Shown one piece after another: positions 18,192-28,087 of a DNA stretch of 57,646 nt. The translations under genes and the position numbers were made by a program. Numbering within the stretch: the stretch's first letter is position 1; the number at the start of each line of letters is the position of its first letter. Origin of the DNA: Fibrobacteria bacterium (GTDB taxonomy: Bacteria; Fibrobacterota; Fibrobacteria; UBA11236); assembly GCA_043766615.1 (NCBI GenBank), contig JAYUHW010000337.1:1-57646 (forward strand). The letters run 5' to 3'. Under the pieces are notes generated by a model. That model did no database searches and was not told the DNA's origin. It saw only the letters and a program-made list of their open reading frames with translations.

Positions 18192-19780
18192 GAAGGTGTC
18201 CCGGTTAGCAGTCCCTTTTTGCGGATTTTTCCGGTAGCCGTTTTCGGTAATTCAGGAAGGAACACCACTTCTTTGGGTACCATGAAATTCTCTAACTTTG
18301 CCAGGCAATGCGCCTTGATTTCCTTTTCTGACAGGGTAACTCCATCGTTCAAGGCAATGTAAGCGCGGATGGCCTCGCCCATGAGTGGGTCCGGAAAACC
18401 AAGCACCGCAGCCTCGCGCACGCCCGGAATTCCATGCAAACAATTCTCCACCTCGATAGGGCTCACCTTTTCGCCGCGCGATTTGATGATGTCGTCGTTG
18501 CGCCCCACAAAATAAAGGCACCCGTCCTCGTCCATCTTGAAAAAATCCTGGCTGCAAAGGATACGCTCCCAAGGCAATCTGCCCGGTTTGAGCATATGCG
18601 CGCTCAGTTCGGGTTGATTCCAGTAGCCTACCATGACATGCGGCCCGCGGATGTATAAGATGCCGGTTTCTCCCGTAGGAACGGGCTTGCCTTCTTCCGA
18701 GAGCAGGAAAACTTCGGTGCCGGGGATGGCGCGGCCCACGGAATCCGGTTTCTGAGAGACAAGCTCCGGCTCCAGGTAACATACGCGTTTACACTCGGTC
18801 AAACCGTACATGCGGAAGACCAGGGCCTTAGGAAAGATCTCCTGCAGTCTGGGAACGATATCGGCAGGTAGCGCTGCGGCCGTATTGGTGATGCGCCTGA
18901 CGGAAGGAAAGGCCAAGGGATGCTTGGCGTGCATGCCAAGCAGGGTCATATACACGGTGGGTACGCCCGGAAAAACCGTCACCTCCTGCTCCTTGAGCCG
19001 ATTCAGAATTTGGGCCGGATAGGTGAAAGAACGCTCCAAGACGAGGGTTGCACCAAGGCGAATGGTCATGAGAAGCTGGTATAACCCGTAGTCAAATGCC
19101 AAGGGCAATAGATTCATGATGCGGTCGGTTTCGTCCAGCCGCAGATACTCTATGAGGCTTCCGGCTGTAAAGGTCATGTTTTGATGCGTCATCATCACTC
19201 CCTTGGGATTGCCAGTGCTTCCAGAGGTGTAGATGAGGGCGGCCAAATCGATAGCTATGGTGGCCGGATTGGGAACTACGGGTTCCGCGCCTGCCAGGGC
19301 GTCGTCGAAAGAGAGGATTTCGAAACCCTCCACCTGGGGCCGATTGCCGGAGCAGAGGATTTGCAGCAAGGAGGGGGCTCGACAGAGCACTTCCGAGAAA
19401 ACTTTGGCCAGATGGCCGTCCGTGATGAGCGCCTTGGGGGTGCAGTCGTTGAGTATGTATTCGAGTTTGTCGGTCTTGGTTTGCGGATTGACGACGATGA
19501 ACACTCCGCCGGCCAGAGAAGTTCCGAAGATGGAGATGAGGCATGGCCAGGTATTGTCCATGTAAATGGCGACGCGATCACCGCGCTCCACCCCGGCTTG
19601 GCGGAGTAAGCCGGATAACCGTTGGGCGGAATCAAGCAGTGCTGCATAGGTGTAGGGAACACCTTCGATTACCGCAGCCTGCTTCTCCGGAGTTCGTGCC
19701 GCAGAAGACAAAAGGCTATCGTGTAGCAATCGCTGGAAAGTATGGCCCATATCCGCTCCTTGAAAATGATGGGAGGGCAT
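18188..19780 (-). CDS. AMP-forming adenylating ligase (acyl-CoA ligase-like, exosortase-system-associated type)
   Basis: ANL-superfamily motifs YTSGSTGNPKGVMMTH, YGLTE and GEILIRG-like GILYIRGPHVMVGYW. C-terminal K in ATGKIRKK. Alternative start MGHTFQRLL at 19750. Confidence 0.9.
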   Translation of the reverse strand: MPSHHFQGADMGHTFQRLLHDSLLSSAARTPEKQAAVIEGVPYTYAALLDSAQRLSGLLRQAGVERGDRVAIYMDNTWPCLISIFGTSLAGGVFIVVNPQTKTDKLEYILNDCTPKALITDGHLAKVFSEVLCRAPSLLQILCSGNRPQVEGFEILSFDDALAGAEPVVPNPATIAIDLAALIYTSGSTGNPKGVMMTHQNMTFTAGSLIEYLRLDETDRIMNLLPLAFDYGLYQLLMTIRLGATLVLERSFTYPAQILNRLKEQEVTVFPGVPTVYMTLLGMHAKHPLAFPSVRRITNTAAALPADIVPRLQEIFPKALVFRMYGLTECKRVCYLEPELVSQKPDSVGRAIPGTEVFLLSEEGKPVPTGETGILYIRGPHVMVGYWNQPELSAHMLKPGRLPWERILCSQDFFKMDEDGCLYFVGRNDDIIKSRGEKVSPIEVENCLHGIPGVREAAVLGFPDPLMGEAIRAYIALNDGVTLSEKEIKAHCLAKLENFMVPKEVVFLPELPKTATGKIRKKGLLTGTPS

Positions 19781-19856
19781 TAAGCCTATATTTTTTAAGT
19801 ATCAGGTGCAAGGATCGGAAGCGATCCGCGCTTGGGTTCACAAGAGAGTCCGCGGA

Positions 19857-21299
19857 CTACATTCGGCTCTGCACCAGAAGCAATCCGGTGGCGGCCTTCT
19901 GCCCTTGAAAAGCCCGGTAGATATAAATGCCGGGCTCAAACCTCTTCAATGCGTTTTCATCCAGGGCTTGACCGGCAGCAACACCGTAAAGTTTGGTTCC
20001 ATTGTTGCGGAACACATCTAACGGAGCCATGCCAATTCGGATTTCCTGAAGCTGGAGTCCGAGTCCGGCGCCGGTACGCGGGAGAATTTTCTGTTTTGGT
20101 TTTGGGCTCGCATTTACCGTTGAGGTCAGCAATTGGGCATGGGTAAGTTTATAGATGGCGCCGGATCCGTGCCCGGCCGCATACAAATTTCCGGCTCCAT
20201 CCGTTCCAAGGGACGAAATGGTTTGGGGGCATTCCCCGATTTGCGTCAATTCATCTTTGATGTACGCTTTGTGCGTGAGGCCCCAGAGGGTGTGGCCTCC
20301 ATAATCGGCAAAAATATAGACGCCGTTGAATCCGGACCCGGCAGCACCATGGAAAACATACCCGCCTATGATACACGCGGATTGGGCACGCCCTAATGCG
20401 GCGACAGGTGGTAGAAAGGAGGACGGCGTACAGGAAGCATTGAAGGCACAAACATCCCCTTCCACGTCGCTCCATCCGTAATTACCACCATTACGTACTA
20501 CGTCGATTTCCTCCCGGCTGGACAAGCCGACATCCCCTACCCAGAGGTCGCCTGTGGCCGCATCGAAGTTGAAGCGAAAGGGATTGCGCAGGCCAAAGGC
20601 GAAAATCTCTTTTTTGACGGCGGGATCGGTATTATTGGCAAATGGATTGTCAGAGGGGATGGAATAACCTTGTCCAGACAGAGGAGCATCGACGTTGAGC
20701 CGCAGGATTTTTCCGAACAGGGAAGTCTTCCTTTGCGGTTCCCGGAAATTTTCCCCGTCGCCTAATCCAAAATAAAGGTATCCGTCAGGGCCGAAGGCCA
20801 AACTGCCGCCCTTATGCCCTTGCGAGTTTGCCTGGTCAATGGTAATGATGCGGCGGGGCGGGTTTCCTGAATCTTTGAGGAAGGTATTGTCCGCGGTCCT
20901 CTCATCCACTGCCGAGGATTCGACACCGGCTGCGTTGGCGGGATTGTAGTGTACATAGTACTTGCCGTTCTGGGCAAATTTCGGGTGGAAGGCCACGCCG
21001 AGAAGTCCCATTTCGTTTAGGCCCCGGCGCACGGACAAGGACACGAAAAGTTTCTTGGTATTGAGTGCGCCTTCCTTTTGCAGGACATAGAGATTGGCCG
21101 TGGGTGTTTCCCTACCTTGCTCAGCCGCAAGGAGAACGCCGGGATGGCCTGGAATCTCGCCCACCCAGATTGGAAGGTTCAGACGATTGGCAACATTGGT
21201 TTCAAAAACTGGAGTACAAGTGACACCAGTGGGAATGGCCGCAGTAGCTATGCCCGTGATGGCAAGAAGTGCCTGGGTAAAACAGAAACTCTTTAGCAT
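19857..21299 (-). CDS. Secreted PQQ-dependent sugar dehydrogenase (glucose/sorbosone dehydrogenase beta-propeller) with a T9SS-type C-terminal domain
   Basis: Signal peptide. LLGVAFHPKFAQNGKYYVHY, HKGGSLAFGPDGYLYFGLGDG, NPFRFNFD...GDLWVGDVG and GGNYGW. The C-terminal ~70 aa end GIYIYRAFQGQKAATGLLLVQ. Confidence 0.8.
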   Translation of the reverse strand: MLKSFCFTQALLAITGIATAAIPTGVTCTPVFETNVANRLNLPIWVGEIPGHPGVLLAAEQGRETPTANLYVLQKEGALNTKKLFVSLSVRRGLNEMGLLGVAFHPKFAQNGKYYVHYNPANAAGVESSAVDERTADNTFLKDSGNPPRRIITIDQANSQGHKGGSLAFGPDGYLYFGLGDGENFREPQRKTSLFGKILRLNVDAPLSGQGYSIPSDNPFANNTDPAVKKEIFAFGLRNPFRFNFDAATGDLWVGDVGLSSREEIDVVRNGGNYGWSDVEGDVCAFNASCTPSSFLPPVAALGRAQSACIIGGYVFHGAAGSGFNGVYIFADYGGHTLWGLTHKAYIKDELTQIGECPQTISSLGTDGAGNLYAAGHGSGAIYKLTHAQLLTSTVNASPKPKQKILPRTGAGLGLQLQEIRIGMAPLDVFRNNGTKLYGVAAGQALDENALKRFEPGIYIYRAFQGQKAATGLLLVQSRM

Positions 21300-21317
21300 G
21301 AAGTATCCTTTAATCCA

Positions 21318-22673
21318 TCAAGGGCTTATCCGCCCCAGTCCGTTGGTCATCACATTTGGGTCTGAATCCAGTTTAGTGCCCGGTTTGGTGCCAAAAGCGA
21401 AAACGGGCGAATGGGTTATATCGCTTCGGCGATTGTTATGCAACTGAGACGCGGCTTTTTTCCTGTGCGTGCCATTTTTGTTTTCCATCAGGATTGGGCT
21501 CCCGGAGTCGAATTCAAAAGCGCCCAAATCCAAAAGTCCATGTACTGCCCGGGGCTTACCTGCACCGAGCGAAAAAAATTCAAAAGTGGGAACCAGGCTG
21601 AATCCTTGCGCACTATCGAAAGCTTTCCCTTTATCGATAGCGGGGGACGTGGACAATATGTGGTAATCGAACGCCGTCCTATTTGCGAACCCGGGGTCGG
21701 CACTTGGCAGGAGCAGGTTGTTCGTGGTATCAGCAGTACCAGTGTACATGGTGCCGTGGCCCACGAAAAGGTTATTTCCAAATTTGGCGTTACGGGTTCC
21801 GGTCGCCACCCGTATGAAATTCCCTCCCGTCATATCATTGACGAAGGTGTTGTTGTAGATGAACAAATCATTTGGTGAGTTGGTAAGGCCCTCGGCCCCG
21901 TAAGAGACCAGCGTGGAATTGTCGCTAAGTGGGCTTTGCTGAAACACATTACCAATAAGAAAGGATGTTCCGCCGTTGGGCAAGTCCACGGAATAGCTGG
22001 CGGTGCCATTCAGTCCGTCAAGAATCCGGTTGTAGAGAAGGTAGTTGGCATTCGCCCGGCTTTTCACTTCATGGCCGATACGTGCTTCATGGCTGTAGCA
22101 AAAGCGTAATGTGAAACTTTTGACGTTGGAGATATAAATGTTGTGGCTTTGTCCATCACCAAATCCATTGCTAGCAAATTCGGAATATTCGATCATTACT
22201 TCGCTGGCAGTCCCGCCCCCGCCCAAAATCCCATCTTCGTTTCCATGAAAATAACAATGGCGGACAGTAAGGTTGTCCCCTTGCTGGCGGATTCCTGCCC
22301 CGTTCTGATCCGGTACCGTGGCTCCGGAAAATTCGATATTTTCGACCACGGTATTTTTACCGGATATGACCCAGATGGCTTTGCCTTCCGCACTTTTGCC
22401 TCCGGCGTCCAGATGGGCAAACTTGGCGGTTCCTTTGAGGACAAGATTATTCTTGGTCCAGCTCGCCACATCACCCTGGTAAAGACCCGGTTCGATCAAA
22501 ACGGTATCACCGTCTTGGACATTGGCCAACACAGCACTTGGTACGCTGTACAATTTTCCTGGTCCAACCGGCAATGTTCGGGCAAAAGCGCAAATGCAAA
22601 AATGGCAGGCAAGCGTCGCGGCCAGACAAGTGATTTTGTACTTCATAGTCCAGCTCCCGATGGGTTCAAACAT
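21318..22673 (-). CDS. Secreted right-handed parallel beta-helix repeat protein (pectate-lyase-like fold)
   Basis: Signal peptide from MKYKITCLAATLAC (alternative start 22646). Beta-helix repeats NIEFSGATVPDQNGAGIRQQGDNLTVRHCYFHGNEDGILGG and SHNIYISN. Confidence 0.7.
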   Translation of the reverse strand: MFEPIGSWTMKYKITCLAATLACHFCICAFARTLPVGPGKLYSVPSAVLANVQDGDTVLIEPGLYQGDVASWTKNNLVLKGTAKFAHLDAGGKSAEGKAIWVISGKNTVVENIEFSGATVPDQNGAGIRQQGDNLTVRHCYFHGNEDGILGGGGTASEVMIEYSEFASNGFGDGQSHNIYISNVKSFTLRFCYSHEARIGHEVKSRANANYLLYNRILDGLNGTASYSVDLPNGGTSFLIGNVFQQSPLSDNSTLVSYGAEGLTNSPNDLFIYNNTFVNDMTGGNFIRVATGTRNAKFGNNLFVGHGTMYTGTADTTNNLLLPSADPGFANRTAFDYHILSTSPAIDKGKAFDSAQGFSLVPTFEFFSLGAGKPRAVHGLLDLGAFEFDSGSPILMENKNGTHRKKAASQLHNNRRSDITHSPVFAFGTKPGTKLDSDPNVMTNGLGRISP

Positions 22674-22733
22674 TATACCTTCGCGAGGGCAGGACTACAA
22701 ATTCTTTTCCACTTTTTTCTAGTTTTCGAATCC

Positions 22734-24698
22734 ATGTGCGGGCTTTTAGGAATAGTGAGCCGACATCCGATCCCGGGAGGCCTGGACACCATCCGAAAAA
22801 TGAACCGAACCCTGCGCCATCGAGGTCCGGACCAAGAAGGTGTTTTCCTCAACGAGGATGGCAACATTTCCCTGGCGCACAACCGATTAAGTATTCTCGA
22901 TTTGTCAGATGCAGGCCGTCAGCCCATGAGTGATGGGGAAAAGCGCTTTACCATTGCTTTCAACGGCGAAATCTACAACCATCACGAAATCCAGGCGGAT
23001 TTGCGTCAACGGGGCCATCCGTTTCGCGGTCGTTCCGACACAGAAGCCCTGCTGTATGCTTACAAGCAGTATGGTTCCGGATGCGTGGATCGCCTGCGGG
23101 GTATGTTTGCCTTTGCCGTGCACGATCAAAATGACGGAAGCGTATTCGTAGCCAGGGACAGGCTGGGCATCAAGCCGCTTTACTATGCCGAACTCGAAGG
23201 CACCTTGATTTTCGCCTCAGAATGCAAAGCTATTTTGGCCTATCCCGGTTTCGACCGAACCATGGATCCGCAAGCCCTGTCGGATTATTTTTCCTTGATG
23301 TATATTCCCTCGCCCAAAACCATTTACCAAAAGATTCGAAAGCTTCCGGCCGGGTACTGGCTCAAAGTAACAAGAGACGGGAATGTCCGCCTGCAAAAAT
23401 ACTGGGACCTAGAGTTTCTGGATGATTCGGAATATGGAAGGGAAAAAGATATTGCCACTGCACGACAGGAGCTTCTCGCAGCCCTGGAAGATGCAGTGAA
23501 GAGCCACATGGAAAGCGATGTTCCCCTGGGAGCATTTTTAAGCGGTGGCGTGGATTCTGCCGCCGTAGTTGCTTTGATGTCCAAGAACTCTACGAAGCCG
23601 GTACTCACCAACACTGTCGGATTCAGCAACAAATCATATGACGAGACACCTCAAGCCAAGGAGACGGCCGATTTTTTTAAGACCCGGCATAAGGCCTTTA
23701 CGGTCAAGCCCGATGCGGTCGGAGTGCTTGAAAAATTGGCTTGGCATTTCGATGAACCTTTCGCGGATTCTTCCATGATCCCCAGCTATTATGTATGCCA
23801 GATGGCAAGGCAATCCGTGACCGTTGCCCTTTCCGGTGATGGTGGGGATGAAAACTTTGCCGGCTACCGGCGATACTTCTACGACCGGTTGGAAAACCGC
23901 GTCCGCAATGTGTTGCCAGCATTTTTGCGTACGCCCGTATTTGGAGCCCTTGGGGCCGTCTATCCAAAGGCTGATTGGCTACCGCAGCCTCTAAGGGCCA
24001 AAACCTTGCTTCGCAATCTTTCCTTCCCGCCCATGCAGGGTTATTTCACGAGCATGTCCCATTTCCTCCCCAAGATGAAGGCGTCGCTCTTTTCTCGCGA
24101 CCTCGTTTCGCGGCTGGGCGGATATGATTCGTTATCGGTATTCGCCGATCATTGGAACCGGTGTCAAAGTCAGGATCCCCTTTCCCGCGTCCAATATTTG
24201 GATTTCAAAACCTATTTGGTGGATGACATCCTCACCAAAATGGATCGTGCCAGTATGGCGGTATCCCTGGAGGTACGGGTTCCGATTCTGGATCATAAAT
24301 TAGTCGAGATGGCCGCTCGCATACCCTCCGCTTGGAAACTGCACGGCAAAGTTTCCAAATCCATTTTCAAAGACAGTTTACGGAGCCTATTGCCGGAATC
24401 CGTATTCACTCGGCCCAAATCGGGTTTTTCCATTCCCATAAAGGAATGGTTCCGCACCGATCTGAGGGAGTATTCCCGCGATACCTTGCTGGCAGCCAAT
24501 GGCATTTGCACTTTGGGCCTTTTTCAGAAACCCTATGTGGAAAAGCTACTCCGGGAACATCAGTCCAGTTTACGGGATCACAGCTTTCCGCTTTTTGCCT
24601 TGCTGTCCTTCGCCTTATGGCATAAACAATTCGGGTCTGAATCTTCCCAAAAATCAGAGCCGCCTGGAGCTCCAGGCTCATATGGGAGAGGGCTATGA
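22734..24698 (+). CDS. asnB: Asparagine synthase family amidotransferase, paralog 2
   Basis: Start MCGLLGIVS at 22734 (Cys2 requirement). The 591 nt of upstream open frame is antisense to the beta-helix gene. PP-loop AFLSGGVDSAAVVALM. Confidence 0.9.
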   Translation: MCGLLGIVSRHPIPGGLDTIRKMNRTLRHRGPDQEGVFLNEDGNISLAHNRLSILDLSDAGRQPMSDGEKRFTIAFNGEIYNHHEIQADLRQRGHPFRGRSDTEALLYAYKQYGSGCVDRLRGMFAFAVHDQNDGSVFVARDRLGIKPLYYAELEGTLIFASECKAILAYPGFDRTMDPQALSDYFSLMYIPSPKTIYQKIRKLPAGYWLKVTRDGNVRLQKYWDLEFLDDSEYGREKDIATARQELLAALEDAVKSHMESDVPLGAFLSGGVDSAAVVALMSKNSTKPVLTNTVGFSNKSYDETPQAKETADFFKTRHKAFTVKPDAVGVLEKLAWHFDEPFADSSMIPSYYVCQMARQSVTVALSGDGGDENFAGYRRYFYDRLENRVRNVLPAFLRTPVFGALGAVYPKADWLPQPLRAKTLLRNLSFPPMQGYFTSMSHFLPKMKASLFSRDLVSRLGGYDSLSVFADHWNRCQSQDPLSRVQYLDFKTYLVDDILTKMDRASMAVSLEVRVPILDHKLVEMAARIPSAWKLHGKVSKSIFKDSLRSLLPESVFTRPKSGFSIPIKEWFRTDLREYSRDTLLAANGICTLGLFQKPYVEKLLREHQSSLRDHSFPLFALLSFALWHKQFGSESSQKSEPPGAPGSYGRGL

Positions 24699-25918
24699 AA
24701 ATCCTCCATGTTCTCGATCATTATCTACCGCTTTTCAGCGGCTATACGTTCCGGAGCAGTTACATCCTCAGGAACCAGAAGGCTGTTCTGGGGCTGGAAC
24801 CGCTGGTGGTTACTTCCATGAAGCAGGGCCCAACTGAATCACCGGTTGACAATATGGAAGGCATGCGCATCTACCGTACGCCCGCTTCCCTTTCGCCAAG
24901 ACTTGCTGGGCAAGTTCCGGTACTCCGCGAGTGGCTGCAAATGAAGGCTTTGGAAAAACGCATTCTCGAAGTCGCGGCTATCGAAAAACCCCAGGTACTG
25001 CATGCCCATTCCCCAGTCTTAAATGCCTGGCCGGCCATTTGGGCGGGAAAACGGCTGGGGATTCCTGTGGTTTACGAGATTCGCGCTTTCTGGGAAGATG
25101 CCGCCGTGTCCCATGGAAGCACCCGGGAAGGCAGTCTGCGTTATCGGGCGACACGTGCTTTCGAGACCGGTGCCTGCAATCGAGCCGCGGCGGTGGTCAC
25201 CATTTGTGAAGGCCTCCGCCGTGGTCTGCTCGCCAGGGGCATAGCCCCCGAAAAACTTTTCGTATTAGCCAATGGGGTCGACGCCCAAAATTTTCTGCCT
25301 CCCGCTCCGGCCGTGGAATTGCGGAAAAAACTGGGACTGGAGGGCAAGCGGGTGCTGGGCTTCGTAGGCAGTTTATACCGCTATGAAGGTCTCAGTTATC
25401 TGCTCAAAGCCATCGCCCTATTGGCCACACGCCGGACTGACGTGCATTGCCTGATAGTCGGTGGCGGTTATGACAATGAGGAGGAGGAACTCAGAAACGA
25501 GGCGCGACAATTGGGAATCGCCGACAAGGTCATCATACAGGGTAAGGTACCTCATCGGGACGTTAACGACTTCTACTCCCTCATCGATATTCTGGTTTAT
25601 CCCCGCGTCAAATCCCGGCTCCTGGATCTCGTCACGCCCCTCAAACCCCTAGAAGCCATGGCCATGGAAAAAGCGGTGATGGGCAGCGACGTGGGTGGAA
25701 TTAAGGAATTGATCGAAGACGGCAAAAACGGCATATTGTTCAAAGCGGACGATGCAGTCAGTTTGGCGGATCATGCCCTGGCTCTGCTTGAGGATCCGGT
25801 CCGCATAGTCCAATTGGGAAAGACGGCGCGACTTCATGTCGAGCGGGAGCGATCGTGGAGCAAGCTGATTGAGGTGCATGCATCGGTATACCGTTCCGTA
25901 GGAGCGATGAGTCCTTGA
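24695..25918 (+). CDS. Glycosyltransferase family 4 (exosortase-locus-associated type)
   Basis: ATGA overlap. MKILHVLDHYLPLFSGYTFRSSYIL N-terminus and a GT-B C-terminal E-x7-E region PLKPLEAMAMEKAVMGSDVGGIKELIEDGKNG. Confidence 0.85.
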   Translation: MKILHVLDHYLPLFSGYTFRSSYILRNQKAVLGLEPLVVTSMKQGPTESPVDNMEGMRIYRTPASLSPRLAGQVPVLREWLQMKALEKRILEVAAIEKPQVLHAHSPVLNAWPAIWAGKRLGIPVVYEIRAFWEDAAVSHGSTREGSLRYRATRAFETGACNRAAAVVTICEGLRRGLLARGIAPEKLFVLANGVDAQNFLPPAPAVELRKKLGLEGKRVLGFVGSLYRYEGLSYLLKAIALLATRRTDVHCLIVGGGYDNEEEELRNEARQLGIADKVIIQGKVPHRDVNDFYSLIDILVYPRVKSRLLDLVTPLKPLEAMAMEKAVMGSDVGGIKELIEDGKNGILFKADDAVSLADHALALLEDPVRIVQLGKTARLHVERERSWSKLIEVHASVYRSVGAMSP

Positions 25919-26883
25919 AGGTGCTCCTCACCGTGGATCTGGAATTCACGGGAATGAACCTGCATGAGCGGGATTCGTCCTATCGCATTCCTCCTAGTAC
26001 CATGGACTGTCTCGTCGGTGGAAAGCCCTATGGACTCCCATTCATACTGGACACCTTAAGCAAATATGATCTGGAGGCCACATTTTTTGTGGAACCCTTG
26101 GCCCAATTCTATTTCGGCCCGGAAGCCATGGCTGTAAACATCAGTCGCATCCACGATCATGGGCAGGATATTCAATTGCACATGCACCCATCATGGCTGG
26201 TGTTCGAAGATGGCCGACCGCATTCTGATCGCCTCTGCGAATATACCCTTGACGAGCAGACTCGCATGCTCGCGTTGGGCCTAAAGATTTTGCGCGAGCA
26301 TGGTGCCTCACCAACGGCATTGCGGGCGGGAAATTTTGCCGCCAACAACGACACCTACCGTGCCATGGCAAACAACGGCCTGCGACTGGCTTCCAATTTC
26401 AACTATGCTTATTTGAAGTCCATTTGTTTCGTGGATTCCCCAGAAGCAGCCAATGATATCTTCCGAGTGGGTGAAGCGGTCGAGATTCCCATGACCAACT
26501 ACCTCATTCGCGATCCGCGCCGCCTGCTTCGGTATGCGCCAAAGCCGTTCCAGATTAGCTGCACTTCTTGGCATCATACCCGTTTCATGCTTGATTACGC
26601 AGCTCGAAACGAGTACCAGTACCTGACCGTGCTACTGCATAACTTTGAATTTCTGGATCGCAGACATCCGGATTGGATGAATCGCCCCTTTCGAAAAAAC
26701 GATAGACTGGTGCACAATTTTGAGGCGCTATGTGGGCATTTGGCGGCGAATCGGGATCGGTACTCGACGACCACCTTTGCCGCGGTGGGAAGGGATTTGA
26801 CCGACGGCAAGGCCTTGAAGGGCTCCAGCATTGGACCAGAGGCCGGGTATCCAAAGCTACCTGGATTTTACCTGCCACTCTGA
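25915..26883 (+). CDS. Polysaccharide deacetylase-like (NodB/CE4-like fold) protein
   Basis: TTGA overlap start. LLTVDLE, EATFFVEPL and HGQDIQLHMHPSW resemble the CE4 Asp and His-x-x-His metal motifs but are divergent. Confidence 0.55.
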   Translation: MKVLLTVDLEFTGMNLHERDSSYRIPPSTMDCLVGGKPYGLPFILDTLSKYDLEATFFVEPLAQFYFGPEAMAVNISRIHDHGQDIQLHMHPSWLVFEDGRPHSDRLCEYTLDEQTRMLALGLKILREHGASPTALRAGNFAANNDTYRAMANNGLRLASNFNYAYLKSICFVDSPEAANDIFRVGEAVEIPMTNYLIRDPRRLLRYAPKPFQISCTSWHHTRFMLDYAARNEYQYLTVLLHNFEFLDRRHPDWMNRPFRKNDRLVHNFEALCGHLAANRDRYSTTTFAAVGRDLTDGKALKGSSIGPEAGYPKLPGFYLPL

Positions 26884-26893
26884 GGTCAACGCA

Positions 26894-28087
26894 TTGCATA
26901 TCCTCACCCTAACCTCCCTGTTTCCCAATTCCTCGCAACCCAATAAGGGCGTCTTCATCCGGTCAAGGATGGAAAATTTTACCCGAAAATTCGGGCATGC
27001 CTGGACCGTGGTTGCGCCCGTGCCCTGGTTCCCGGCGCTTCCCTTTCGGGTAAATCCTAAGTACGATCTTTTCGCCAGCATCCCAAAAGTGGAGAATCCT
27101 TGGGGCTACCCGATTCACCATCCTCGCTATCTGGTCACGCCTAAGATCGGTATGCGTTTCTATGGGACTTGGATGGCCAGTGGCATCCGCAAGGTGATCA
27201 GGGACATCCACGAGCGCCATCCCATCGACGTATTAGACGGCCACTATATCTTCCCGGACGGAACGGCCGCCACTGTCTTGGGCGCAGAACTAGGCATTCC
27301 GGTAATCCTATCGGCCCGTGGATCGGACTTAAGCCAGTATTCCCAATTTAAGCATATTGTTCCCCGGCTACGTCAAAACCTGGCCGCGGCCAGTAAGGTG
27401 ATTTGCGTTTGTACTGAGCTTGCGAATAAAGCCAAGGCGCTTGGTGCGCCTCCGGAAAAGGTTTTAGTGGTGGGTAACGGTGTAGACACCTCCATTTTCA
27501 GGCGCCGTGATCAAAACGAAGCCAGGGCGATACTGGGAATTCCCTCGAAGGATCGGCTGTTCCTCTCAGTTGGAAACCTGACGGAACTGAAGGGTTTTCA
27601 TCTTATCCTGGAAGCTTTTGGCCGATTGCAGGAGCCGGGCCTCCGCATGGCCGTGGTTGGTGAAGGCCCCCAGGCCCCTGAATTGGAACGGCTGGCGTGC
27701 AGCCCTGGCCTACGCAATAAGGTAATGCTTCCGGGGAGGGTCTTACATCGGGATCTGCCACTGTGGTATAGCGCTGCTGATTTTTTTGTGATGGCGAGTT
27801 CGCGGGAAGGATGGCCCAATGTCCTCTGCGAGGCTCAGGCCATGGGGCTTCCCGTCCTCTGCACCAGAGTTTGGGGTGTTTCAGAAATCGTTACCAATCC
27901 TTCCTTGGGTATCCTTATCGGAGAGCGGACGCCGGATGCCCTTTACGATGCCATGATGGGAGCCTTAAGGGAAAATTGGAATAGAGGACATATTGAAGCC
28001 GTGGGTCGGATCCGCACCTGGGATAAAGTATCGGAAGAATTGCAGGAAATATTCCAACCGGTTGCGAAAGGTGGGAAAGGACCGTGA
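26894..28087 (+). CDS. Glycosyltransferase family 4
   Basis: I prefer TTG 26894 (GAGG 8 nt upstream), giving (M)HILTLTSLFPNSSQPNKGVF. The alternative ATG 26831 overlaps the upstream gene by 53 nt. C-terminal SSREGWPNVLCEAQAMGLPVLCTRVWGVSE. Confidence 0.75.
   Translation: MHILTLTSLFPNSSQPNKGVFIRSRMENFTRKFGHAWTVVAPVPWFPALPFRVNPKYDLFASIPKVENPWGYPIHHPRYLVTPKIGMRFYGTWMASGIRKVIRDIHERHPIDVLDGHYIFPDGTAATVLGAELGIPVILSARGSDLSQYSQFKHIVPRLRQNLAAASKVICVCTELANKAKALGAPPEKVLVVGNGVDTSIFRRRDQNEARAILGIPSKDRLFLSVGNLTELKGFHLILEAFGRLQEPGLRMAVVGEGPQAPELERLACSPGLRNKVMLPGRVLHRDLPLWYSAADFFVMASSREGWPNVLCEAQAMGLPVLCTRVWGVSEIVTNPSLGILIGERTPDALYDAMMGALRENWNRGHIEAVGRIRTWDKVSEELQEIFQPVAKGGKGP

Noticed and set aside
19812-19827. 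GGATCG-GAAG-CGATCC hairpin between the sugar dehydrogenase stop and the ligase start
   Set aside because: The stem is only 6 bp and no U-tract follows it on the transcribed (minus) strand. The genes are probably co-transcribed, so this is not convincing as a terminator.
22143-22733. 591-nt N-terminal extension of the second asparagine synthase ORF (851 aa in the ORF track)
   Set aside because: Ntn amidotransferases require Cys directly after the initiator Met, and MCGLLG begins at 22734. The extension is antisense to the beta-helix gene and has no recognisable domain.
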